Positions 18,572-27,830 of a stretch of DNA of 34,424 nt are shown piece by piece. The notes below the pieces were generated by a model. That model was given only the letters and a program-made list of their open reading frames with translations. It was not told the origin of the DNA and searched no databases. Source of the DNA: a bacterium. GTDB lineage: Bacteria; SZUA-182; DTGQ01; JAFGSM01. Where the stretch lies: NCBI GenBank assembly GCA_049472355.1, contig JBLIRP010000038.1, forward strand, positions 1 through 34,424, read 5' to 3'. How positions within the stretch are numbered: the stretch's first letter is position 1; each line of letters starts with the position of its first letter. The position numbers and the translations under genes were made by a program.

Positions 18572-20559
18572 GATTTCAAATCGTTGAAACCCTTGCCATC
18601 ATCCTGATAATGGCCCTTCTTCTGTTCCTGCCCCATGCCGGAGGCGCCCAATATCCTGCATTTCAATATGGGCCAGGATTTGGTGCCTGTGCAGGCCCTT
18701 TTGAACAGCCCTTCTTTCCTTCCGCCTCTGCCTGGTCCGGGGGATTGTATGTGCAATCACCCTATTCGAGCTATGCGGACCCCCTGCGCATGATATATGC
18801 GCAGTATTATTCATATGGCATTCCAATTGATCCCTCCGAACGATCCAACAAGGTGGATGTTTCTCAAATACCCTCGGAATATGTCAGGCAGATTGAGCTT
18901 GTCGGTGACTATGCGTATCTTTTGCTTTCCTCAAGGGAAGCCATCATATTGAGGATTGTCGATATCAGCGATCCCGACAACCTGGAAATCGTTAAGAACG
19001 TGGAATTGGAGACATTTCACAATTTTATCAGGATATTCCCGTTTGATGGGTATCTTTTCTGGATCGGGCTCTCACCCGCGACAAGGCAGGAGCAGGATGG
19101 CCCTGCAAAGGATACCGTGGGGGTGTTCGATATCTCGAATCCCGCTGATCCGCAAACAATGGATAGCCTGGAAATCGACCTTTCTCCGCAATATGAAGCC
19201 ACCGGGGATACCTTCGGCTTTGTCGGAGGGGATCGCGCATACATCTATTACAGACAGATCAAGGAGGGAACAAGCGGCCTTGTGGTCATCGATACCTCGG
19301 ATCCCGAAAACCTGAGCATGATCTGCTGTAATGAACTGTCCTGGCCTGACGGGGAACCCCGCATTGCGCATATCCTTGCCAGTGATGACACCCTGTTCCT
19401 TTTTGGGGAGGCAGAATTGTATCTGATGGATATGTCCGATCCTGAGCACCCGGCCATGCTGTCCACACTGGGCCAGGGCCGGGGAAACTCGCCGCACATT
19501 CCGTCCCTGTTCGGTGATTATCTGTGCATCCCCGGCGGCAGATGGCTGGCCCTGGTGGATATCCGGGACCGGGCCCATCCGGAGCTGGCCGGATTCATGG
19601 AATTGCCGGATCAGACTGGACGGTTCATCAAACACGGCGATCGCATGTTTGCGGCTGATATGCATAGAGGGCTTGTGGCGATTGACATATCCAATCCCGA
19701 GGCCCCGGAAATACTCCCCGGGTATCGGTTCCCCAAACAAGACAGGGACGATCACGGTTCGATTGAGGATCTGGCGGTTCAAGGGAATCTGATTTATACA
19801 GCGCAAGCATATGATGCACTCCAGATATTGGATGCATCGGATCCACAGGATGTCATAAAAAGAGGGGAAATCGGAACCTGTCGTTCGACTATCTATCCCT
19901 ACCAGAAGGGTGAAAAATTTCCTGACCGTCTCATCGTTACCCTCACCATTGAGGCACACGAAGCGGTTTCCCTCGGCAAGGACGGGTATATTGCCACCTT
20001 CGGGATTGCCTCCCTGGATCAGCTTAATCACACCTATGGGGTCTTTATCATAGCCCCGCCAAAGTACCCGGCGACCTTGGGCGGTATCCATGAACGCCTC
20101 TATAGACAATACATCCTGCTATTTCCGGATGTGGATGACATCTATGACATTCAAGCGGATTATGAGGATGATCCCCATTGTGTGATAGCGGAATTCCAAT
20201 ACGGGGCCAGTTCAAATACCGGCTCAAGCGGAGACCATTCCGGAGGATGCGAATATTATAGCTCGATTTGTCAACTAAATGGCACCTATCAGGGCCTGAT
20301 TCTTCGTCTGGGACAATCCCTGAACCCATGGCAATATTCCTACGCAAACCAGTGGACCACCTATTCACCAAGCGGGCTCGCCTCATGGTCTTCTCCTGCC
20401 CTTCGGTCAGCCACGAATACGTGGTGGTATAATCCCCTGCAATTTTCATTGTATAGCTATCCCACGATTCCAACAATGAAATATATCGGGCCGAATATAT
20501 GGAATTACGCGCAACCCAATTATTACCCATGGGGAATCGTTTACACTTCCCAACTGTGA
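18568..20559 (+). CDS. Secreted LVIVD-repeat beta-propeller protein with subtilase-prodomain-like module and aromatic-rich low-complexity termini
   Basis: SD GAGGAGGG before ATG 18568; signal peptide ...LPHAGGA|QY; about 7 blades (IVDISDP, VFDISNP, VIDTSDP, LMDMSDP, LVDIRD, AIDISNP, ILDASDP); then PDRLIV..GIASLDQLNHTYGV..LYRQYILLFP..YEDDPHCVIAE; Y/W/P/S/N tail. Confidence 0.85.
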   Translation: MRFQIVETLAIILIMALLLFLPHAGGAQYPAFQYGPGFGACAGPFEQPFFPSASAWSGGLYVQSPYSSYADPLRMIYAQYYSYGIPIDPSERSNKVDVSQIPSEYVRQIELVGDYAYLLLSSREAIILRIVDISDPDNLEIVKNVELETFHNFIRIFPFDGYLFWIGLSPATRQEQDGPAKDTVGVFDISNPADPQTMDSLEIDLSPQYEATGDTFGFVGGDRAYIYYRQIKEGTSGLVVIDTSDPENLSMICCNELSWPDGEPRIAHILASDDTLFLFGEAELYLMDMSDPEHPAMLSTLGQGRGNSPHIPSLFGDYLCIPGGRWLALVDIRDRAHPELAGFMELPDQTGRFIKHGDRMFAADMHRGLVAIDISNPEAPEILPGYRFPKQDRDDHGSIEDLAVQGNLIYTAQAYDALQILDASDPQDVIKRGEIGTCRSTIYPYQKGEKFPDRLIVTLTIEAHEAVSLGKDGYIATFGIASLDQLNHTYGVFIIAPPKYPATLGGIHERLYRQYILLFPDVDDIYDIQADYEDDPHCVIAEFQYGASSNTGSSGDHSGGCEYYSSICQLNGTYQGLILRLGQSLNPWQYSYANQWTTYSPSGLASWSSPALRSATNTWWYNPLQFSLYSYPTIPTMKYIGPNIWNYAQPNYYPWGIVYTSQL

Positions 20560-20959
20560 GGGGGGAACTGATTTGCCCCATCGTTCGGTGTTGATACGAA
20601 TATTTTTTAACACGTCGAACATTCATGAATCCTCGATTCACCCGGGGGTATGAAAACACCCGGAGGGCGATTTTCAGGTGAGATACGATAAGATATTTGT
20701 TCAGCCGAGAGGGTGGGTGCCGTTACAAACATACGCATACGGGAGTTCATTCCCACAGACGGGCATCTTCTATGAGCCGCTATGGCCTGCAACGTCCGCC
20801 TACATAAATCTCCCGATGTCTTATACATCAATCCTTAGAGAAGATTTTTGAAATCATATGGACCGGCTGTTAACCATCCAAACACGTGGACGTGGGTATA
20901 GCCTTGTATGACCTTTATCTTCACCTGATCAACACATGCTTAGAGAAGGGAGTAAGATT

Positions 20960-21664
20960 ATGGATCGAAACAAAAATAATAAAATGTTTTTGAAATGCCT
21001 TTTGGTCGGTATGGTCATACTGACCTTGGTCCATTTGATGCAAGTTTCAGGATCATGTGGCCAATGGTCGCCTTACTACGGCAGCGGATATGGATCCTAT
21101 CTCGGCTATGCCGGATCCTCCGGATACGGTTCCTGGAGCGGCTTATATGCCGGATCCCCTGGATATGCGACTTCAAGTTACTATCCCTTTCAAGGAGGCT
21201 ACCCTTCAACCATTCCCTTGATGCAGCCGTGGAGTCAAATCATTAGGGCAGGGCAGTCGTATCAGTATGCATGGATGCCTTCCTCCGGATGGGGGACCAG
21301 GTACCCGCCGTATTCTTTGTCGTCTTCGTATCTCGGTGGATATCCATTTTCTCAAGGGTTTTCTTCCTATTTGAGTTCCTCTAGTCCCTGGCCGTACATG
21401 TCGGGTGGAACGAAAATTCAATACAGCAGTCCTACAGTGATTCAAGGAACCAGGATTACCGGCCGGGTTACTGGATCTAATACCATAGATTCAAACGGTA
21501 AGATAATCAAATGCTATATCCACGGCATGGCTCAGGCGGCATATGGGGAACTCGACCTTTCCCCCTACCTGGGGATGGTGGTGGAGGTGTCCGGAGAGCT
21601 CCAAATGAGCAATAATTCCCAGGGTTCTCTCTATGGGGCACGATTTGAGAGGGTTATCTCCTGA
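20960..21664 (+). CDS. Secreted Ser/Gly/Tyr-rich low-complexity protein with small C-terminal beta (OB-like) domain
   Basis: SD AAGGGAG; signal peptide ending SCG|QW; ~120 aa of GSGYGSY-type sequence; C-terminal LSPYLGMVVEVSGEL. Confidence 0.8.
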   Translation: MDRNKNNKMFLKCLLVGMVILTLVHLMQVSGSCGQWSPYYGSGYGSYLGYAGSSGYGSWSGLYAGSPGYATSSYYPFQGGYPSTIPLMQPWSQIIRAGQSYQYAWMPSSGWGTRYPPYSLSSSYLGGYPFSQGFSSYLSSSSPWPYMSGGTKIQYSSPTVIQGTRITGRVTGSNTIDSNGKIIKCYIHGMAQAAYGELDLSPYLGMVVEVSGELQMSNNSQGSLYGARFERVIS

Positions 21665-21883
21665 TCCGGGCAATTGAGGGGTGCCATACGTATCTGGCGT
21701 TTAAGTCAATAATTGCTGTATGGCGTGCCCGGAATGCGGAAACGATGAAGTCCCCTTTGTACCCTGTGCCAAGGTAAGCCCTGGTAAGGATAAATTCCTC
21801 TTCCCCTGCCCCTGTCCGTGCGGCCTATACCGTCACAAAGGGGGATGGTGTGGATTCTGCCAAGCCTTCCGCCCTATGCGCAT

Positions 21884-22357
21884 GTTCCATCAGTCAACGA
21901 TCTGGCCGGAAGCGGGGATTATCTGTACATGATTGCATCGGGCCAGGAGGGCCAGGAGAGACTCTTTGTGGTTGATATCTCCGACCCGCTCGGCGACGTA
22001 TCCACCTACAAGGCCCGATCGGTTGCAGTGCGGAGTGACCATGCCTGCATCATTGGTCGCGAAGGTTTTCAGATCATCGACATATCCGACCCGGATTCTC
22101 CTTCCTCTGACTTTTCGCCGGCGAAATCTCTTTATCTCGCCAATCTTCCAATCCTGAATCACCGTGGTTTTCCGGGGGTGGTTCAGGGGCTTTTGACTAT
22201 GGGCCTTCTTAGCCCTGGCAATACGCTCAATTATTTTTATCCGGCTATTTACCCGGGGCCTTGGAGATATTACACCTATCCAGGAGCAAACGCCCATGCC
22301 GCTTTAGCGGCGCCACGAAGAATGAAAATGCTATATTTTCAGATGAAACGCACATGA
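21884..22357 (+). pseudogene. Fragment of an LVIVD-repeat gene (about 2 blades plus aromatic-rich tail)
   Basis: VNDLAGSGDYLYM..LFVVDISDP and ARSVAVRSDHACI..GFQIIDISDP, then YFYPAIYPGPWRYYTYP. No convincing start or signal peptide. Confidence 0.65.
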
Positions 22358-22371
22358 GCCGGATGAAACTG

Positions 22372-22405
22372 CGAATATCGAATATCGAATGTAGAATGTA
22401 GAAGT
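22372..22405 (+). repeat. Heptamer tandem repeat (CGAATAT/AGAATGT x~5)
   Basis: cgaatat cgaatat cgaatgt agaatgt agaagt. Confidence 0.7.
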
Positions 22406-22644
22406 GAAACGCAGATAAGCCTTCGGCTCACAAAGATGCATGAAAATACCCAAAGGGGATTTTCAAGTGAATACAGGATATTTTCGTAACACCTATCCCG
22501 GAATTATTTGACATCTATCCATATGATTTTCCTCGCGTACTGCCTTAAATACAATTCCGCTCCTTCCCTCTCTCCAGCGATGCTACTTCTCCGGAATACC
22601 ATTCCCCGCTTCACCATCTGCTACGTTCAAATTGAATATTTGTA

Positions 22645-22674
22645 TTGACAAAAATTAGATATCCTGCCTATAAT
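22645..22674 (+). promoter_or_regulatory. Sigma70 consensus promoter TTGACA-N18-TATAAT
   Basis: Exact -35 and -10 hexamers about 240 bp upstream of the LVIVD gene. Confidence 0.7.
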
Positions 22675-22915
22675 TTTTTCAGAAAGGCAAATTTTTATCG
22701 AACAAGTTCTTATCATAAAAAAGTTTTTCACTCTTTATGACGCCCCAAAGTGGTATGAAAGTATGTTCTGAGAAAAAGATTTTTTTCCATGCTTCATGGC
22801 GTTGTGTAGTTGTAGGAGGCTTCATCGTGACAAATACCATATTCATCCTTGCTTGGTAGCAAATTTGCTTTTCAAGATGGGCATGGTAAACAAAACATAG
22901 GTTGAGGGCTTGGAG

Positions 22916-25570
22916 ATGTATAAGAGGTCCTTCATAGAACCCATATGTTCAATGTTATTTCTTTTCAGCCTGATCCTTCCAAGGATTGGAAATGCCGCAG
23001 CCCCGGTTATTACATCCATAGAACCGGATTTTGGAATCAATACCGCTCCCACTACTATAACGATCAATGGATCAGGCTTTTCACCCATATCTACGATTTC
23101 CCTCTACGGAGGAGGGCCATATATAACCGGCTCCTGCAATACGCCGGGTCATGCTCTCAATGTCTATGTAGCCGGGACCTGTGCCTATGTAGCTGATCAT
23201 GATTCGGGTCTGCAGGTGATCGATATCACCGATCCCGCTCATCCTGTTATCGTGGGCTCGTGCGATACACCGGGCTCAGCTAATGGTGTCCATGCAGCCG
23301 GGATCTATGCCTATGTGGCTGATCATGATTCAGGTCTGCAGGTAATCGACATCACCGATCCCGCCCATCCTGTTATCGTGGGCTCGTGCGATACACCGGG
23401 CGCAGCCAATGGTGTCCACGCAGCCGGGACCTATGCCTATATGGCTGATCATGATTCAGGTTTGCAGGTGATCGACATCACCGATCCAGCCCATCCTGTT
23501 ATCGTGGGCTCGTGCGATACACCGGGTTCAGCCAACGGTGTTCATGCAGCCGGGACCTATGCCTATGTAGCTGATGGAGGTGGAGGGCTGCAGGTGATTG
23601 ATATCACCGATCCAGCCAATCCTGTTATCGTGGGATCCTGCGATGCGCCGCGTTATGCTCTCAATGTCTATGTAGTCGGGACCTATGCCTATGTGGCTGA
23701 TTATGACATTTATCATTTTTGGCCTCAGAAGATTACAGGTCTGCAGGTGATCGATATCACCGATCCTGCTCATCCTGCAGTAGCAGGCTTCTGCGATACG
23801 GTGTCTGATGCTTTCGGTGTCCATGTGGCAGGCTCCTACGCCTATATGGCTGCTGAATCAGGGTTGCAGGTGATCGACATCATCGAACCCACAAATTTTA
23901 CCATCGTGGGCTCCTGCTATATGCCGGGTCGGGCTTTAAGTATCGATGTAGTGGGCGCCTACGCCTATGTGGCTGATTATGATTCGGGATTGGAGGTGAT
24001 TGACATCACCAATCCTGCACATCCTGCCATTGTGGGCTCCTGCGATACCTCGGGTTGGGCTTACGGTGTTCACGTCGTCGGGTTTTATGCCTATGTGGCT
24101 GAATATTCAAAGCTGCAGGTGATCGACATCACCGACCCTGCGCATCCTGCCATTGTGGGCTCCTGCGATACGCAGGGTTATACCCTTGAAGCCGGGGCTC
24201 ACTGTGTACATGTAGCCGGCGGCTACGCCTATGTGGCCAATTATGATTCAGGTCTGCAGGTGATCGACATCACCGATCCCGCTCATCCTTCCGGCGTGGG
24301 TTCCTGTGATACGCTGCATTGGGCTCACGGTGTACATGTAGCCGGCGGTTACGCCTATGTGGCTAATTACGATCCAGGGCTGCGGGTGGTCGATATCACC
24401 GACCCTATGCATCCTACCATCGTGGGCTCCTACCATCTGCCAGGTGCTGCTTACGATGTCCAGGTGGCTGGCTCCTATGCCTATATGGCTGATGATTCAG
24501 GTCTGCAGGTGCTCGATATCACCGACCCTATGCATCCTACCATCGTGGGCTTCTGCAGTACGCCGGGTTGGGCTTATAGTGTCCATGTAGTCGGCACCTA
24601 TGCCTATGTGGCTGATAGGTATTCCGGGTTCCAGGTGATTGACATCACTGATCCCGCTCATCCTGCCATCGTGGGCTCCTACTATACGCCGGGCGAGGCT
24701 CGCGTTGTTCAGATAGCCGGTTCCTACGCCTATGTGGCTGACGGGGGCGGCGGGCTTCTGATTTTAGACCAATGGAAGCCGCTTATGAACATCACCTCTA
24801 TTGATTCGGGCACCATTACCGCCACTGTGCCTGAAGGCTACAAACCGGGCGTCTATAGCCTGCATCTCACCAACCCGGATGGAGAGCATATCATGATTCC
24901 CAATATGTTCCAGGTGTGCCAGACCTATTATAAAGACCATGACCTGGATTCGTATGGGATGGAGAATGATTATATATGTTCCCATGATCCGGAAGGAGAG
25001 TATAGGGCAATCCAGGGTGGGGACTGCAATGACGATGATGCCCCTACCCATCCCGGCGCCGTCGAGGTCTGCGATGGGATGGACAATAACTGTGATGGAA
25101 ATGTCGATGAAGGATTTGATCGTGATACCGATGGCTATACCTCGTGTGCCGGGGATTGTGATGATAACGATGGCGCCGTATATCCGCGAGCCCCCGGAAC
25201 CTATAAGGGTAAGGATAATAACTGTAATGGGATTGTAGACAAAGATGAGATGAGACGATCCATATACCCAATATACACCTCTATCATTCCATCAGGCTCA
25301 CAATATCAACAATTATTGGCGCTTTCGTTTTTGCCGTTATATTCGAATCAACAAAGGCAAATTTGGTATGAGTATCAATATACCTTTTATCAACAGCAAA
25401 TAACAAAGGCCATATCTTCCGGAAATCAATCCTGGATTTCCAATATCCAGCCCTATTGGCAGAAACCGTATTTACCGTGGTATTTTCTGGAAAATGAGAG
25501 TCTGTTTAAAAATACGATTCCAGCCTTGCGGATGCGCAGAAAGACGATGGATCCGGATCCACAAAGATGA
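22916..25570 (+). CDS. Secreted surface protein: IPT/TIG domain interrupted by 13 LVIVD repeats, MopE-related Cys/Asp metal-binding motifs, Y/Q/W-rich tail
   Basis: Signal peptide ...RIGNA|AAPVITSIEP; 13 repeats of ~42 aa (IVGSCDTPG.A..V.V.G.YAYVAD..SGLQVIDITDP); GDCND....HPGA.EVCDG.DNNCDG.VDE motifs; aromatic/Gln tail. Start is 22910 (TTG) or 22916 (ATG). Confidence 0.92.
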   Translation: MYKRSFIEPICSMLFLFSLILPRIGNAAAPVITSIEPDFGINTAPTTITINGSGFSPISTISLYGGGPYITGSCNTPGHALNVYVAGTCAYVADHDSGLQVIDITDPAHPVIVGSCDTPGSANGVHAAGIYAYVADHDSGLQVIDITDPAHPVIVGSCDTPGAANGVHAAGTYAYMADHDSGLQVIDITDPAHPVIVGSCDTPGSANGVHAAGTYAYVADGGGGLQVIDITDPANPVIVGSCDAPRYALNVYVVGTYAYVADYDIYHFWPQKITGLQVIDITDPAHPAVAGFCDTVSDAFGVHVAGSYAYMAAESGLQVIDIIEPTNFTIVGSCYMPGRALSIDVVGAYAYVADYDSGLEVIDITNPAHPAIVGSCDTSGWAYGVHVVGFYAYVAEYSKLQVIDITDPAHPAIVGSCDTQGYTLEAGAHCVHVAGGYAYVANYDSGLQVIDITDPAHPSGVGSCDTLHWAHGVHVAGGYAYVANYDPGLRVVDITDPMHPTIVGSYHLPGAAYDVQVAGSYAYMADDSGLQVLDITDPMHPTIVGFCSTPGWAYSVHVVGTYAYVADRYSGFQVIDITDPAHPAIVGSYYTPGEARVVQIAGSYAYVADGGGGLLILDQWKPLMNITSIDSGTITATVPEGYKPGVYSLHLTNPDGEHIMIPNMFQVCQTYYKDHDLDSYGMENDYICSHDPEGEYRAIQGGDCNDDDAPTHPGAVEVCDGMDNNCDGNVDEGFDRDTDGYTSCAGDCDDNDGAVYPRAPGTYKGKDNNCNGIVDKDEMRRSIYPIYTSIIPSGSQYQQLLALSFLPLYSNQQRQIWYEYQYTFYQQQITKAISSGNQSWISNIQPYWQKPYLPWYFLENESLFKNTIPALRMRRKTMDPDPQR
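23123..24768 (+). repeat. Coding tandem repeat, 13 units of ~126 bp (LVIVD blades)
   Basis: Recurrent GCCTATGTGGCTGAT...CTGCAGGTGATCGA(C/T)ATCACCGA; units 2-4 are nearly identical at DNA level. Confidence 0.9.
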
Positions 25571-25681
25571 AATACCATCAGAACTGATTGCGGGGATTAG
25601 ATATATCGACGATAGTGAAGATGGAAGGATCGCCGCCTAATGTCGTACACAACATTTGACAATACATCATAGCCGCACGGT

Positions 25682-26070
25682 GATGAGCGGTCCGAAAAAG
25701 CCTACATAGCCACCTTGGTGCCTTCGCCGATTTTGAATTCGGCGAACATTTTGCTGTTGTCTTTATCCTGCGGCAATGTCAGGGCAAACTCATAGTTCAG
25801 GGCATTGATCGTTGCCAGGGCCATACTTCGTTCAATAGGGCGGTCGCTTTTTATCTGTTCCAGGAGCTTCACAGCCGGCCCGCCCTCATAGTCGAAGGGT
25901 GTGTTCAAGGCCATGCAGGATGTCTTATCGGTATAGTACGTATAGGACAGGCCGATCCCTCCGTCCGACAAGGTCACGGCAGTGTACCCAAGGCCGAGAC
26001 TTATTGTCTCCACGCTGACGGCCTCGGCTTTATGTAAAAAAAGATCATAGAGGGTTTGACTTAATTTCAT
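25682..26070 (-). pseudogene. DUF4213/DUF364-family (Rossmann-like, putative metal-binding) gene, frameshifted and truncated
   Basis: N-terminal GLGYTAVTLSDGGIGLSYT...ALATINAL. At KVAM the DNA reads ATG TAG GCT TTT TCG; restoring one G gives the family-typical M-V-G-F-F-G-P-L-I, after which similarity stops. Confidence 0.75.
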
Positions 26071-26099
26071 TCTCCTTCTGTCCCTTTTTAATCCCTATT

Positions 26100-26160
26100 G
26101 GTTTAATTCCCAGCCCCTTGGGGCGGATTATCTTGATGCCCCGCTGCTTGTGCGGGGGGG
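26100..26160. repeat. REP-like palindromic intergenic repeat (copy 1)
   Basis: GGTTTAATTCCCAGCCCCTTGGGGCGG...GATGCCCCGCTGCTTGTGCGGGG, similar to the units at 32086 and 32174. Confidence 0.65.
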
Positions 26161-26252
26161 GGAAATGGCCGGTTTCTTCAGCCCCTGGAGATAGTCCGAA
26201 TGAGGGTGGATTTCCCGCACCCTGGTGTCCGGTAAAGAGTGTATTGGACGCC

Positions 26253-26675
26253 TCACGGGCGGGCAAGGTCACGGTTCCACGATGTCTTTTCTATGAATTT
26301 CCTGATATTCGCCTCGATGATATCGGCGACCATCTCATAGGCCTGCACCCCCTCCCCATAGGGATCGGGGATCTCCCATTGGATTTTCTCTCCGTTGAAA
26401 TAGTAAGGGATAATCCTTTCCAGGGGAAAGGATGCCATGCCGATGATGTAATCCATTTCGGCAATGGGGATCTCCTCGAGCCCCTTTGAATACTGGTCGG
26501 AGATGTCGATTCCCCTCTTCGCCATGATCTCGTATACCCCATTGGCCACCATCCCCAGGGGGGAGATTCCTGCCGAATACGCCTTGTATAGTCCCTCACC
26601 GAGGACCTTTGAGAGCCCCTCGGCGATCTGGCTGCGGCACGCATTGGCATAGCATATAAAGGCAACCTTTTTCAT
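26253..26675 (-). CDS. LMW-PTP fold protein (ArsC-like arsenate reductase or low-molecular-weight phosphatase)
   Basis: P-loop CYANACRS (CX5R), YSAG, GIDISDQYSK, WEIPDPYG. Lacks the downstream resolving Cys pair. Confidence 0.85.
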   Translation of the reverse strand: MKKVAFICYANACRSQIAEGLSKVLGEGLYKAYSAGISPLGMVANGVYEIMAKRGIDISDQYSKGLEEIPIAEMDYIIGMASFPLERIIPYYFNGEKIQWEIPDPYGEGVQAYEMVADIIEANIRKFIEKTSWNRDLARP

Positions 26676-27221
26676 TGTGTCATCCCATCTTAGGGTTATG
26701 AATTGTCTATGCAAAGGGAGGTGATATCACCATGGGCATGCACATCCCCTTGCATGGTCCCTCCGCTACGGGGCAGGCCCGAGGGAAACGTTATTTATAA
26801 AAATGCTATTATAAAATTGGTATTAAAAAATGGCATTATAAAATAATTTTACGGTAAAATAAAATTATGAAGCGTCACCCCCGCCTTCCTGCAAGACCCC
26901 GGCGATCACCACAAAAATTCTGATCTTACATGCTGTAGTGATTTGAATATGTTATGTTTTATGCCCGGCGCTTCCCGCTCTACAACCCTGGACGGGTGCC
27001 GGACGGATGGCAGCATCCCATCCGGCACTGTTAGCGTGTCTGCATTTTCCGGCTCGTTCGAGTCGTAACCATTGAGAAAACACTCCCGTCTCTTTTAAAG
27101 AATGGATTTGTGCATTATAATATCATTAGAAGATACATGCGTATTGTAAAAAATATATGATCATTCGTCAGGATGGCAGAATAATAATATTTAAATACAG
27201 TAACATAGAAACATATGACCA

Positions 27222-27237
27222 TGGTATGATAATTGCT
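27222..27237 (+). promoter_or_regulatory. Candidate sigma54 (-24/-12) promoter
   Basis: TGGTATGATAATTGCT = GG-N10-GC with TTGC, in AT-rich DNA about 600 bp upstream of the YGYPQ gene. Confidence 0.5.
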
Positions 27238-27830
27238 TATTGGCTATTATTAGAGTAATCCTTTGACCGAGCAAAACGTTACATCCCTGTTTTTACACTT
27301 CATTTGTTTTTCAGGACTATCATATATCGACGACAGTAAGAAAAGAGATGATATGACGTGGCTATGTATTTGGTTGTCATTTTTTTAATTATTGTCAGCC
27401 TCTATTTTTTGCCTCCGGGTTTTGACTCCATTTTTTATTCCCCTTCGGCAAATAGGACCTATAAGTGCCTGTATGTCCCCAAATGGTTTTTCTCGATTGT
27501 CATGAGCCCTCCTGTTCTTAACGCGCGTGATACCCGTCACGGGACGCCCCTTCTCCGGATGGTTGACGCTTTCGTTCTACCCTGGAAAACTCCTCTTCCA
27601 TTGCCCGTTCCTTCCGTTTTTCACCTTGGTGCGGTTTTTATGCCTGTGGGTCATAGGCCTTAGACATACGAACGTAATTTTATACACTGCATTGATTCAA
27701 GCAGTTCCTTGGATCATTCTTGAGAAGGTACATTTATCCGAAATGCGAAGGGGGTGTTAATGGAGAACAAAGGACGCAGTGCTGTTTGAGAATACCGGTA
27801 CATAAACGAGCCTTTTTGAGGAGGTGCATC

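Noticed and set aside
19072..20109. 345-aa minus-strand ORF
   Set aside because: Antisense shadow of the LVIVD gene.
21720..21932. Cys-rich 70-aa ORF (CPECG...)
   Set aside because: No clear SD, overlaps the LVIVD remnant, and the Cys spacing matches no family I recognise.
23123..24768. LVIVD repeats as DGR template/variable repeats or CRISPR
   Set aside because: All units lie within one ORF, differences are not adenine-specific, and there is no reverse transcriptase in the window.
26996..27028. GC hairpin GTGCCGGA...TCCGGCAC as a riboswitch or attC
   Set aside because: Single stem with no recognisable family motif or adjacent gene end.
27358..27663. Hydrophobic 101-aa ORF
   Set aside because: Hydrophobicity follows from T-rich DNA; weak start and no motif.
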